Positions 12,985 to 23,863 of a stretch of DNA of 64,000 nt are shown here, piece by piece. The stretch spans positions 40,650,788 to 40,714,787 of the forward strand of contig CM120640.1 in the NCBI GenBank assembly GCA_051362555.1, read 5' to 3'. Each line of letters opens with the position of its first letter. Position 1 is the stretch's first letter. The notes under the pieces were generated by a model that saw only the letters and a list, made by a program, of their open reading frames with translations, made no database searches and was not told the origin of the DNA. The DNA is from Lingula anatina. Its lineage: Eukaryota > Animalia > Brachiopoda. The position numbers and the translations under genes were made by a program.

Positions 12985-15900
12985 CACTGTATGCAGTTTT
13001 TCAGATGTTTTATATACAATTGTATCAAAATTTCATTGACAACAAAAATGACAATTTGATTCAGATTATTCTTTAATCCCAATGTTATTTTAGGTGGTTT
13101 TGTGCTGACATCATTTGGCGAAGCTAAGGAGCGTCGCTATTACAACCAGGGAGGTTCTCGGAAAGCATATGTAGAAACTGCATTCCCGCTGTCTCAAGGG
13201 ATATTAGAGAGTTTTATTGTCTACATTCATCAGGACGTAGACACAGAAACTCCAGCCAGGTTTTTCATATGGAGCCGTATTGGAAGTGGAACCGTGTTTA
13301 GGTTGGACTACTACTTGGATGTAACACTATCCAACAAAAAAGGGTTTCAAACGGTACGTTTACAAAGATATGCCAAGAAGGCAGTTTAGATGTTTACAAG
13401 TTTTGATGGAAATTCGTAATATGTTTGCAAAAAAAAAAAAAAAAAAAAAAGATGATATTTCTTAATAGATATATGCATGTATGGACGTTTGTGTCTGGCT
13501 TCATGTTTTTACACTTCAGTTTAATACATTTCAGTTTAATGTTACGGATCCCAAACCCTGGATCCAAGAAGGGTCTTTCTATGGTTGGGGCTACAGCTTG
13601 GTTGCTGACGTCATCAGTTTTGATTATAGCTCCGCCTACACAACAGAATACTACTACAATCTTGACACTGGTACTCCTTTTCCTTGGCCGGTACTCAAAA
13701 ATGAATACACGTTCAACTCCGCCCCTGGACGATTCAGACATTCCGTGGAGGCGAAAATTAACGTTGGTAAGATCTGCTTATATTTTGCGAATAAAATTAA
13801 GAAAACAATTTGGATTTTGTCGGAACTATAAACTTATTCTAATATTTTACAAGTTTATTTTCACAGCTTGGAGTGATGATCTTGTGAAGTTTTACTAATT
13901 TGTTTTCCTTCTTTATTCAGGGACAACCACCGTACCTACCACGACCGCAACCACTACGCCGACGACAACGACAACAACGACTACCCCTATCACTACAACC
14001 ACACCCACCACTACAGTTACACCTACCACTACAACCACACCCACCACTACAGTTACACCTACCACAATTACAACTGAATTACCCACATTTACCACAACTG
14101 AATCACCAGTTACCACCACCGAAGTACCAATAACTACACCACCACCAACAGAACCACCAACAACTACAACCACGCCTACAACAACAACAGCACAAATTAC
14201 TACAACAGAAACCACAACCACCAAGTTACCAAGTACAACAACAACGCAATCATTAACAACTACCACAGCAACTACACGCGCGACAACAACCCCTGCACCC
14301 TTGACAACAACCTCTGAGGCTCCTACGACCACAACTGACACTACAACAACGACAGCACCAACTACAACTACCCCAACAACTACAACCACTACTACGACAC
14401 CTACTACCACCACGACTGCCACTACAACAACGACAGCACCAACGACAAGCACTACTTCTACGACTACCACCACCACCACAACTACGACGACCCCTTCGAC
14501 CACAACTGCCCCTACAACAACTACAACACCCATTACTACTACGACGCCTACGACCACTACCCCAGGTAAGAATATTTTGCAGCTGCCTTTCTCGTTCCAC
14601 GAGTTTCCTGAGATCTCCGCTTTGTTCTTAAGACTAGATTGCAATTAAAAACACTTTCATAGACAAAATGATTTTACCTGTAAAACGACTACTTTGCAGT
14701 TATGGTAAAAATAATCCCTTCTAACTTTCACACTATCGAAATTAATCAGATCATCGTATTAATTCTAAAGTAACATTCAATCAAAAGAAATTAGTGTTTG
14801 TTTACTACAGTTGTGTCATAGCCGTAGTCGTTGTGTTTTTTCTTTTGTTGTGTTTTATTTGTTTAAATGTGTGGGGTTTTCCTTAAAATTAGGTTTGGTT
14901 TTCAAACAGTGCAGTTATGGTATGACATGTACTTCAGGCCCGTAGCCAGCAATTTCAAAAGGGGGGTTCTTTTTCTGAAAAAGTGGACCTTTTGCCATAA
15001 AAACTTCATGTACCTAGGTCAAATTTTACCCAGAGTGGACCTTTACCCAGCAAAAGGGGCAGTTTTTCGAACCACCCCCCACCCCCACCCCCCCGGCTAC
15101 GGACCAGTACTTCATACATGCGAGTATTAAATTCAGCCAAGGCACAGAGAATCTCAACTAGCACATTGCTTTCGCTTATAGCTCATCAACCAAGTCATCA
15201 ACAACTTCCCACATCGACAAAAACGGCATTGCACGCGCCCGCGACGTTCTTACAAGTGACAACCGCTACCAGCATTCATTTTTTGTTAGGCCTAAGTTAG
15301 GCTTGTGATTCAAGAAAGCTCTCTTCACACTGTACCACCTTATCACCCTTACCACGCCTACTATCTTCATGTATTTCACGTTTTGTGGGTCTCCTTTCAG
15401 CCCCTATCATCATCCCAGATGACGCCAGTGTGGACGTTGAGGTGCGGTTTCCAGGGGATTACAACACCGTGGTCGGCGTGGACAAGGCAGCGGCCATTAC
15501 TGTCCTCAAACCACAGATAGCATCAAAACTGAGTGTCTCTGAATCACGAATCGCAAACATGGACTTAAGACAAGGTATGCGTCCGAATTTGAACTGGCAA
15601 TACCTATTGTAAAAATTACTGAGAGTTATGACAAGGGATATTTTTCAGCACAGGATGATTAAATATAAGAACAAAAACATGCTTTCTGATAACAGGCGTG
15701 CTCCTTTTCGAGCTTATTTTAAAAACAGAAATCATGCTAGGAGGAGCCCTTGACCTCTTCCCAGCATAATCTAGATTTTGCATATTTTAAAAGCATACAT
15801 TTTTATGTTTTAGGTAGTATAATAGTTGATTTCGACCTCCTACCCCCTCCGGTAGGTAGCAGCGAACCTTCTCAAAGTGCCGTGATGACTTCCTTGAATA

Positions 15901-17888
15901 ACGACGTGAACAGAAATGCGTTCACACTGACGGCCCCCGATGGCAGCACAATCCAAGCATCAGACGCAATGAATTATCAAATCATAACAAGTATGTGAGC
16001 TTATCATCAGTTATTCGGGAATTTCTAGCAAATCCATTTTTAATCAAATAAAACGTGCAAAAATTAATCAATCAAATAATCAGATGATTTATTGTAGTAA
16101 CGATCAATATTATCATACATTTCAGCTGTGCCCACTGCTCCTCCCACCACTGTCACAACTATCACCTCAGCAACGGCAGTGCGTAAGTATCATAATATCG
16201 TGTCTCAGGTATAGGTACATAGTAATTATAAAATTGCCGTCACAATGTCCATTTCATTTGTTTTCGTGGTCTCCATTTTGACCTTGTTTTTATTCTTCTA
16301 TCTTATTTCTATTTTTCTTTACGCTAATCGTAGTCTTTTTAAAAATTGTCTGGATATTGGAGAGACAATTATGGTAAAATGACCCACCGTTTGTCATTCC
16401 AGCTATCGAACATGCTTTGAAATTGACATTCAAGACAGGAGGGGATCACATTTTCCACTGCCGTTCATCCAACGAAGATGTCACCGGTCTTCAATGGTAC
16501 AGGTTAAACGCCGGAGTGGAGACGCTGATGACAAGCAAAACGTATGGAACCCTTTTGGAATTCCAAAGCATCACCCAAAGCGACGCGGGCTGTTACAGGT
16601 GTCGCGACACCAAGGACAGTAACAGAGTATTATCTCAGTTCTGCATCAGCGTTAATGACACCGTGGCGTTCCAGACGACTGGGTCACGAGACAACAATGT
16701 GCCCACTGAAGGGATGAGCAACATGGAGATCGGTTTCTTGGTGGTTGGCTTGGTTGTTGGCCTCATCCTTGTTGTCATTCTGGTGGTATTGTCCATATGG
16801 TGCTGCCCCTGCTGCCGTCGTTGCAAAGAAGGTGGGTAGAATTCATTTTCGAGATTATACTGGCATCAGGTCTTTGCATCATGCATGATACCTCAGAAAA
16901 ACAAAAGTAAATTGTTCTTTATATTGTCATGAGTCAATATCTCCATGCACTGGATACGCTTTTATTTTTGATTTTGTTATTACCACTTTATTGCTGATTA
17001 ATCAAAGTTTCATACATATGGGTTCGGCACTCGCTACTTATTGTGTGATTATTCAAACATTGTCTGAAAACTTTACAGGTAACAATATCATTATATTTTT
17101 TACAGAAATTCGACCGATGGGTTCATCTCCTACTGTTAAACCAGAGTTCACTGATATAGGGTAAGTGACATATTTCTCACTAGTACGGCATAACGCGATC
17201 TACACAATGTTTAAGGCAACCTCGCTGATAGAGAGCCCTTTTCATTCAAAGAATATTGGAGTTATGGAATTTCACATGTAAGATAAATTCTTATAATTAA
17301 TTTTGGTGTTGCAGGAAAGTCGAAGCTAACGGACGTAGCAGAAGAAGTAAAACAACAGGCCAATATGTAGTAAATGAAGATGAAACGAAGCACAAAAAAC
17401 ACAGGTAAATCAACATTCAACACGGAAAATGCGTGTCGTAGCAATGCTGCCAGATTTCAAAGTATTATTCTAATTTCTTACTGCAGTCACTTGCCTTTAG
17501 TTCGTAGAATGATTCATTTGTTTAATATATGAAAAAAATAAACTGGTTTTTTCAGTTTTGACATAAATTAACCTCAATTATTGTGCTTTTAATTTACTCT
17601 AGGAAAAAGAAGGACGTGCTGAAAATGGCCGATTTGCAGAAATTTGTTAAAATTGCTTCGGTAATGAACGATAGCTCTGATCGCCACAGCTCCAAGTCCG
17701 GGAAAAAGTCGGATAAAACAGACAAGAAAAAATCACATAGCAGTAAACACAAAAAAGACAAATACAAGCTGGAAGAATCTGCACTAGGGGACATGGGATC
17801 AGACCCAATTCATAAAAAGGATAAAAAGAGCAAAAAGAAAGGCGACAAGGAAAAGGAAAAGAAAAGAGATAAGAAGTCAAAACATTAG
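7011..17888 (+). CDS. Type I transmembrane mucin-like protein (~1,567 aa): signal peptide, 4 x [unnamed ~162-aa domain + Thr-rich stalk], SEA-like domain, Ig-like domain, TM, Lys-rich tail
   Basis: 20 GT-AG coding exons with consistent phases total 4,704 nt: 7011-7071 (MDCFGLLVILIGIVSKVASQ), 7457-7710, 8005-8236, 8380-8571, 8721-8980, 9159-9390, 9600-9755, 9940-10199, 10388-10619, 12426-12845, 13094-13353, 13535-13766, 13921-14565, 15401-15574, 15814-15990, 16126-16182, 16403-16831, 17106-17160, 17315-17404, 17603-17888. Motifs: LRQGSIIVDF (SEA-like), C..W..DAGCYRC (Ig), IGFLVVGLVVGLILVVILVVLSIW (TM). Probable upstream UTR exon donor at 6444/6445. Confidence 0.88.
10772..11025 (+). repeat. 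27-bp minisatellite (CACAACACCAACACCAAAAAGAAARCT), 9 full copies plus a partial one, left arm of the element
   Basis: Tandem units read directly; they produce the spurious HNTNTKKKA ORF. Confidence 0.95.
12150..12311 (-). repeat. Inverted copy of the 27-bp minisatellite, 6 copies, right arm of the element
   Basis: Reverse complement of the 10772-11025 unit. Confidence 0.95.
12892..12982. repeat. Compound (GT)n...(GA)n microsatellite in a mucin intron
   Basis: Read directly. Confidence 0.95.
14935..15107. mobile_element. Short MITE-like insertion (~173 bp) in a mucin intron
   Basis: Terminal inverted repeats CAGGCCCGTAGCC and GGCTACGGACCAG (11/13 match), a C-rich subterminal tract, and TACTT directly repeated on both sides. 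Confidence 0.65.
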
Positions 17889-17954
17889 AATATAAAAGAG
17901 ATTTTTCCGTTGCTCCAAGTGCCACGTTATTTATAAGACGTGCTTCCAAAATTC

Positions 17955-17960
17955 AATAAA
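17955..17960 (+). promoter_or_regulatory. Candidate polyadenylation signal of the mucin gene
   Basis: AATAAA about 70 nt after the stop at 17888. Other AATAAA hexamers lie further downstream, so usage is uncertain. Confidence 0.35.
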
Positions 17961-20900
17961 GTTTGCAAATATTTTGTGATAATGTTCCAGGCAGTATTTA
18001 TGCAACACCATAATATTGTTCTGCACCCAGGACATAATGTAAATACATGTATATTTTAAAAAACTGTATCTTAGTCTGGGTGACTAAGAATACAAATGTT
18101 TTTGCACAATTTTACAACATATTACCTCAGTGGTATTTTGACCAAAAGAGATTAACCTGGTTGTATAAAGCAATAATGCACTTTCCTGTATATAATTGAA
18201 CATTAAATTGCTCAAATGTATATTTTCTGAGAATCTCCGTCCTTTGCCAAAGCCAAAGAATATTCATAATGTACTGTTTCACTCGTTTTTTTTAAAAAGG
18301 CACATCAGACATATTATTTTTTTATTCATATTTTATATATAGAATGTGTAGAGCAATAGTAAGAAGTCATCCAAAGCATGACTCTTTTGAAGAAAATGCA
18401 AAGCAATAGTTAGAAGTCATCCATAACTTGGCTAGTCAAACTGGCCACCTTCCACACAAATGGTGTACATTTAGAATTATTTAAAAAGGGTCAATGCCAA
18501 ACATGTTTTCTGGGTTTTTGCCAAAATCAAGAACTTTTAAGAAAGTATGTCCAGAATATTCCAGGGAAATTTGCACTACACTCTCGCAAGCTCATTTGCA
18601 TATCTTTCAGATGATGTAACAGCAGGATGTGAATAATATTTTCATTAAAACTATGTGCAATGTCCATTGCAAGAACTCATCAGTGGGTCACCGTAGAATT
18701 AAGATATTTTTATGCATTTTTTTATGCAGCCCTGCAACTATTATTTTGATCCTGTGGATTTTTTTACATAGAATATGTATATTTTTGTTAGAAATCTATA
18801 AAAAAAATTAGCCGTTTTTGTATCATAATGTTTCAGCCCAACTACCAATCACAACATTGAGATGTTACATTCAGCAACATATATAAGTAGACTTTTAGAA
18901 TAAACTAGTTTCGAAAACACAACTAGATAACGTATATTGTCAAAGGTATCTTCCTTGTACATTTTGCTGATTGTAAAATATCTTAGACCGCAGAGGTCTT
19001 GTTTCTTAATAAAATGCTAGTTGTTAATTTCCTCTACCATTTATTTTATAACATGATTTTAAGCACGTTCTTTAAAACACGTGTATAGATATCACAGCAT
19101 CTGTAGTCTATTAGGTATTCCTTAATATCATTGTTAACCGTTTCTATATTTGTATTATTTTTTGTTTATAGATTTTGATTAAAGAAGTCTCAAATAATAA
19201 ATATTAAAGACCACTTACCGCACTAAATGAGCCATTTTTTGCAAGTCGTCAGTAAAAAGGCACTCTTTGTCCTTTCGAAACAAGTTATACCTTCTAACCG
19301 ATAGGAAGGCCTATATTGTCAGTAATAGGGCTAATTTGGCCTTGACGTTTTTGAAGGGACTGACTTCTGAGCAGTACTCTCTAGCTTTGTTGTGATAGTA
19401 ACGGTCAAGGTCACTAGAGAGTTCTTTTAGGTGGCCAACTCACCACACTGATAGGATAAAAAATCCCAGTCTTAGTGTTTAAGCCATGGCATAATGGCAA
19501 AGAATAGGAAGTTACCGAACATCAAAGTAATAACTTGGGGCATTTGGGGTTTATAACACTCCAAATATTTTACCCTATCAAAAATGGAAGGGCCTTTTTC
19601 ATTTCTAAGACAGACCTACTGGGGCTACACGGTGAACGGAGCTGAGGAGAGGGCGCAAGCTCATGTCTAGAACTGGGAATATTTTAAAGTTAAAACGGAA
19701 AGGGTAAAAATAAAAGAGTGAACCAATCTTAAAATTTGACAATCTTTAAGTCAGCGAAGTGAGCCAATCTGGGTTTTGTCGCTAGTATAAGTAAAGATAC
19801 CATTTTGGGGGTGGGGGGGGGGGGATAGGTGATGGATGACAACCAAATTTCTAACAACCAAATCTCTTTAAAAAGTTACATTTGATCCTAAATGTGAAAT
19901 GCTTCTATCATATATAGCGAAATAGTTTAGAAAAAACACTGACGATTCATCTCGCACGGCAAAGCCCATACATGTACATCGAGTATTCCGCTAAATCGAT
20001 CAAAGTAACTGTAAAAGAACGTTAAAACCGTACACAGAGATGACACTAAAATAGATGGATTCGAAAACACGAACCCACGCCCGTATTGTGCCTAGGACAC
20101 GATGTTCATATTTATACTTCAGATACTTCTGTGTCTCTAGACAATTGACGGCGATGTCTCTTGTTTAATGGACATTAAGACATCATGGCATCTTAATAGC
20201 ACGGCAACTAAAGTAAAGAAAATCCACATTCTTCTGAATGATGGATGTAATCAGTAGGATTAGACAAACATGCCGTTGAGGTCTTCTCTCCTTAATCTAT
20301 TTTATGTCTGATTAATCCTTTTTTATGCCATGAACTTCTACACACCACAAATGACATCTTATTCACAGGAAAAACCAAAAGAACATTAGTCAAGCACGGT
20401 GATCAGCACTAGAATACAGCCTAAATAAACTGTCAGAGTATGGGTTTGTATGTACTGTTTGTAGGCAAATTTAAACTGGTGATACGGGTGAGATATTGAA
20501 TCTTGTTCTTTATGTAATATAAAGAAAAAAATGCCGATTATAATATTCCTTCATAGCTTTTACTTTTCGGCACCACTGGAGTAGCAGAGCTGTTTTGGTA
20601 ATGGAACCGAAATTGTCTGGGTACACTGAATTCACTACCTCCCAGTGTATGCACATGTAAAAAGGCATAAAATGCGCAATACACCGTCATATAGAACAAT
20701 TAATGGACGTTTTATCAACTTTTCCATAAACACCCAAGTATATTCTACATAGTTGCGATCTATAAATCCGTTTTCCGAGTTTAAAGTTTTAATCCGAGCC
20801 AATAATAGATCATCTTTAATCTTAATTGCAAGACGGACTTAATGATTACAAACTTTGATCTCAAAAATGGTTCCTAGTTAATAATTTTCAAGGCGGTTTG

Positions 20901-21645
20901 GAGAGAACATGCCATAGTTATTAAGGGAAAATCGTCGGAATTTCTAGGAAAATTCATTATTTGCTATACAATAGTGTAACGCTCATAGTACGGGATTACT
21001 CTTGACATCAAATGTACTGCGGTTGGTTCGTATGGAATAGCTCGGTGATTCATGATGATAAAGACGATATAAAAGCCACGTTGCATCTAACAGTAATATT
21101 CACACTCTGAAGCATTCTTTTGCGAAAGTAAGAAACATCGTCGAAAAATTGAAAATGAGGGAAAGTCCAATGTAAATGTACGTTTACCTGTTTATGTGTA
21201 CCCGAATAAACCTAAAAAGACATGCAAGCAAGTTCCTTTTTTCAAAGTTCGATAGAAGTTTAAAAGGGAAACTCTCTGGGTAACACAGGTGAACAGAAGC
21301 CAAAGCTGAAGTCCATGCATAAAGAATACATAACACATGTAACATGCTTCCTGTTTGACATTTTGAAGTCTCTTTAGGCACATCAGATTTGCTAGACACC
21401 ACACAGTGAAGATTACTTAAACACAGCGCAACTTCGTAGGACGTCCTATTGTCCACCACGAAACAGTTCGTGTCATGCTGGTGACACGCCCTAAAAAGGA
21501 AGCAAACAGAGTTCAGCGTATCCTGTGTTAAGACATGCAGCAGCAGTGGGTGGTTCGGTTTAGATGAGATGTGCATGTATATAAGCCGCGAGTTCTTATC
21601 TCAAACTGCCCATTTAGCAAATCGCCTACGTGCAGCTGTTGGGCA

Positions 21646-23070
21646 ATGGCGCACAAATCTGGGAGATGGTGGCTTGTGCTTACCTTGACTATCCTATGCG
21701 TTTGTCAAACTACAGAAGAGCCCAATGCCACTACGATTTCAGCGATTTCATCACCAGTTCTCAACACCAGTTCGGAGACCCATGCATATAATGACACCAA
21801 TATCACAGCAAATGTGACTGAACCACCACTTACGACCATGAATTCCAGTGCGGTAGATGGTGGCAGCGGAGGTGATTATCCCTCGTACAACTATTACGAC
21901 CCCTATGACACTTCCAACTTCACTTCAGAGGCATGGGACTTTGTCAGGGCGCACTTTTATATTTTGGGGGTTGTCACGCCCGCGATTGCTTTCATGGGCC
22001 TGATGTTAAATACCTTAAACATCATAATATTTTCCCGAAAAGACATGAAGAACGCCACACATATACTCCTTCTGGGCCTTGCTGTGACAGATTCACTAAA
22101 ACTGCTATTAGATGCTGTTTGGGATATTCGATTTTACTCACTGAGCGAGAAAGATTATCTCCCTGTTCAGGTAAGAAGTCTCAACAGCGCTTGGCAAGTA
22201 TTCGCTTTTATATGTGAAGATGTGAGTATAATGTTTTCACACTCTTCCAACTGGATCATTGTCACTGTGAGCGTTTTCAGATTTATTGCCGTTGTGTTCC
22301 CAATGAAAGCGAGTGAATTGTGTACAGAGCGTCGGGCCCAGTGGGCGATCGTTGGCATCGTCCTTTACAACATACTCTTTAATATACCGACCTTCTTCAC
22401 ATTTTCAACCTTTTATGAGACCAGAGTTGTTGACGGTGTCGAAGTAACAGAGCTTATAGTAGTCCCTGATGAGTTTGTCTTTAGCATGGAATACAATGCA
22501 ATCTTCACAAACGTCCGATCCTTAGTGAACGTCCTTCTGCCCTGGATTTTCAGTATATTTTTCAGCATTCGACTTATCATCGCTCTGAAAGCCAGCACCG
22601 CAAATGCTCGCAAAATGGCCATTCAAAATTCGGCAGGAATGGATGCTAGAGAAAAAGAGCAAAATCGCATTACTCTCATGATCATTGCTGTCAATATCAT
22701 GTTTGTATTTTCTCAAGTTTGGAAATTGCTCTATAGGTGTATATTTTTGTTTAACTCCTATGATGAGGCTGCGCTGCTTACGAATTTGGACTTGCATAGG
22801 TACAGTCTCTTTGCCGATTTGACAATTACCCTTAATCTCTCTTTGAATTTTTTCTTGTACTCCTTTACCAACAAACGCTTCATGGGGACGCTTCTCAGTT
22901 TGTTCAAGACATGCCTACCAGCACGCTGTTTTGTGGAAAAAACTCCCACAGTCGTTCCCCCAACCGCTAATACCGATCTGCAGAGCTCATCGAAGGCTTC
23001 GGTATCAGAGACAGCTACTAATGAAACAGTGGACGAAAAGCCCAGCCCGGAAGAACCAAATGCCGTATAA
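21646..23070 (+). CDS. Intronless class A (rhodopsin-like) GPCR, FMRFamide/sex-peptide-receptor/Srw-like, 474 aa
   Basis: The first in-frame ATG is at 21646 (MAHKSGRWWLVLTLTILCVC). Seven hydrophobic segments carry the motifs GLMLNTLNIIIF, LLGLAVTD, SNWIIVTVSVFRFIAVVFP, LPW, MFVFSQV and LNLSLNFFLYSFTNKRF. SxW..RFIAVxFP and NFxLY are typical of this invertebrate receptor group. Ligand unknown. Confidence 0.93.
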   Translation: MAHKSGRWWLVLTLTILCVCQTTEEPNATTISAISSPVLNTSSETHAYNDTNITANVTEPPLTTMNSSAVDGGSGGDYPSYNYYDPYDTSNFTSEAWDFVRAHFYILGVVTPAIAFMGLMLNTLNIIIFSRKDMKNATHILLLGLAVTDSLKLLLDAVWDIRFYSLSEKDYLPVQVRSLNSAWQVFAFICEDVSIMFSHSSNWIIVTVSVFRFIAVVFPMKASELCTERRAQWAIVGIVLYNILFNIPTFFTFSTFYETRVVDGVEVTELIVVPDEFVFSMEYNAIFTNVRSLVNVLLPWIFSIFFSIRLIIALKASTANARKMAIQNSAGMDAREKEQNRITLMIIAVNIMFVFSQVWKLLYRCIFLFNSYDEAALLTNLDLHRYSLFADLTITLNLSLNFFLYSFTNKRFMGTLLSLFKTCLPARCFVEKTPTVVPPTANTDLQSSSKASVSETATNETVDEKPSPEEPNAV

Positions 23071-23836
23071 TGGGCTGAAAGTATACATACAGACACAAAA
23101 AATTGACTCATTCCATAAAGAGGCAAAAGGAAAATCCTAAAGATAGAATGTATTTTAAGTTGTATTTAACAGTGTGTTCCGGCAAATATTGTATTCGGTG
23201 AGCAGCGATAGATATCATGGTCTTTGGGATAAATACCTCTTTTATGTTAGACTCAACTATTATATTTTCACTTACATCTTTATTACGAATGCAACGGTGT
23301 TTAAGTGATTTGCACTAAGAAATGGGATTTAGGTAAGGGCTTTTATTATTGAATTTTGATTGTATTTTTTAACATCGTAAACAAGATTTAAACTTTCCAG
23401 CACTTCTTAGGTCCTGTTTGGGTAGGCAGGGGGTCTTTGCACCTCGGGTCGGATGGTTTACGATAAATTTTGTTTATATCTTATTAGAAAATCAAGAGCA
23501 CTTATTGTTTCACTTAAAAAATACAAAAGAAGTTTTATGCGGGCTACTTTTGCCATTTTAATTGAGTACACGTTATTTATTGCATAGAAAAAATATCTAG
23601 ACAAGACTGACTTATTTTCAATATTTTTGCATTATTCCTGTACTTGGTGATTGTACAGCGCTTCAGTAGGTTACAGTTTTCGATTTAACAGCTGTATTAA
23701 TGCTGATTTTGCACCCATGGGCAAATATTGTAAGTTTGCCCAGTTTTTTGTTCGATTGAGTTAACGATATTTGGAGTTGAGACATTATTTGATTTTCTGT
23801 TAGACCTTCCTGACAACATTCTACCACTTTTTTGTC

Positions 23837-23863
23837 GGGGGGGGGGGGGGGGGGGGGGGGGGG
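23837..23863 (+). repeat. Poly-G tract (~27 nt)
   Basis: Read directly. The homopolymer length may be imprecise in the assembly. Confidence 0.9.

Larger units (their letters stand above)
8721..13766 (+). repeat. Three near-identical copies of an exon-intron-exon unit (8721-9390, 9940-10619, 13094-13766) within the mucin gene
   Basis: Each copy has a 260-nt exon, a ~180-nt intron and a 232-nt exon. The copies are almost identical at DNA level, intron included; the introns differ mainly in poly-A length. A more diverged first copy lies at 7457-8236. Confidence 0.95.

Noticed and set aside
9565-14644. Minus-strand poly-Val ORFs and plus-strand His/Asn/Tyr- or Gln/Leu-rich ORFs
   Set aside because: They are antisense or alternative frames of the Thr-rich mucin exons.
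17990-21500. Possible additional gene or transposon between the mucin and the GPCR
   Set aside because: No convincing ORF, spliceable exon chain or paired termini were found by eye. Degraded repeats or UTR exons cannot be excluded.
21571-21645. ORF-track N-terminal extension of the GPCR
   Set aside because: It begins at GTG. The first in-frame ATG (21646) gives a signal-peptide-like start.
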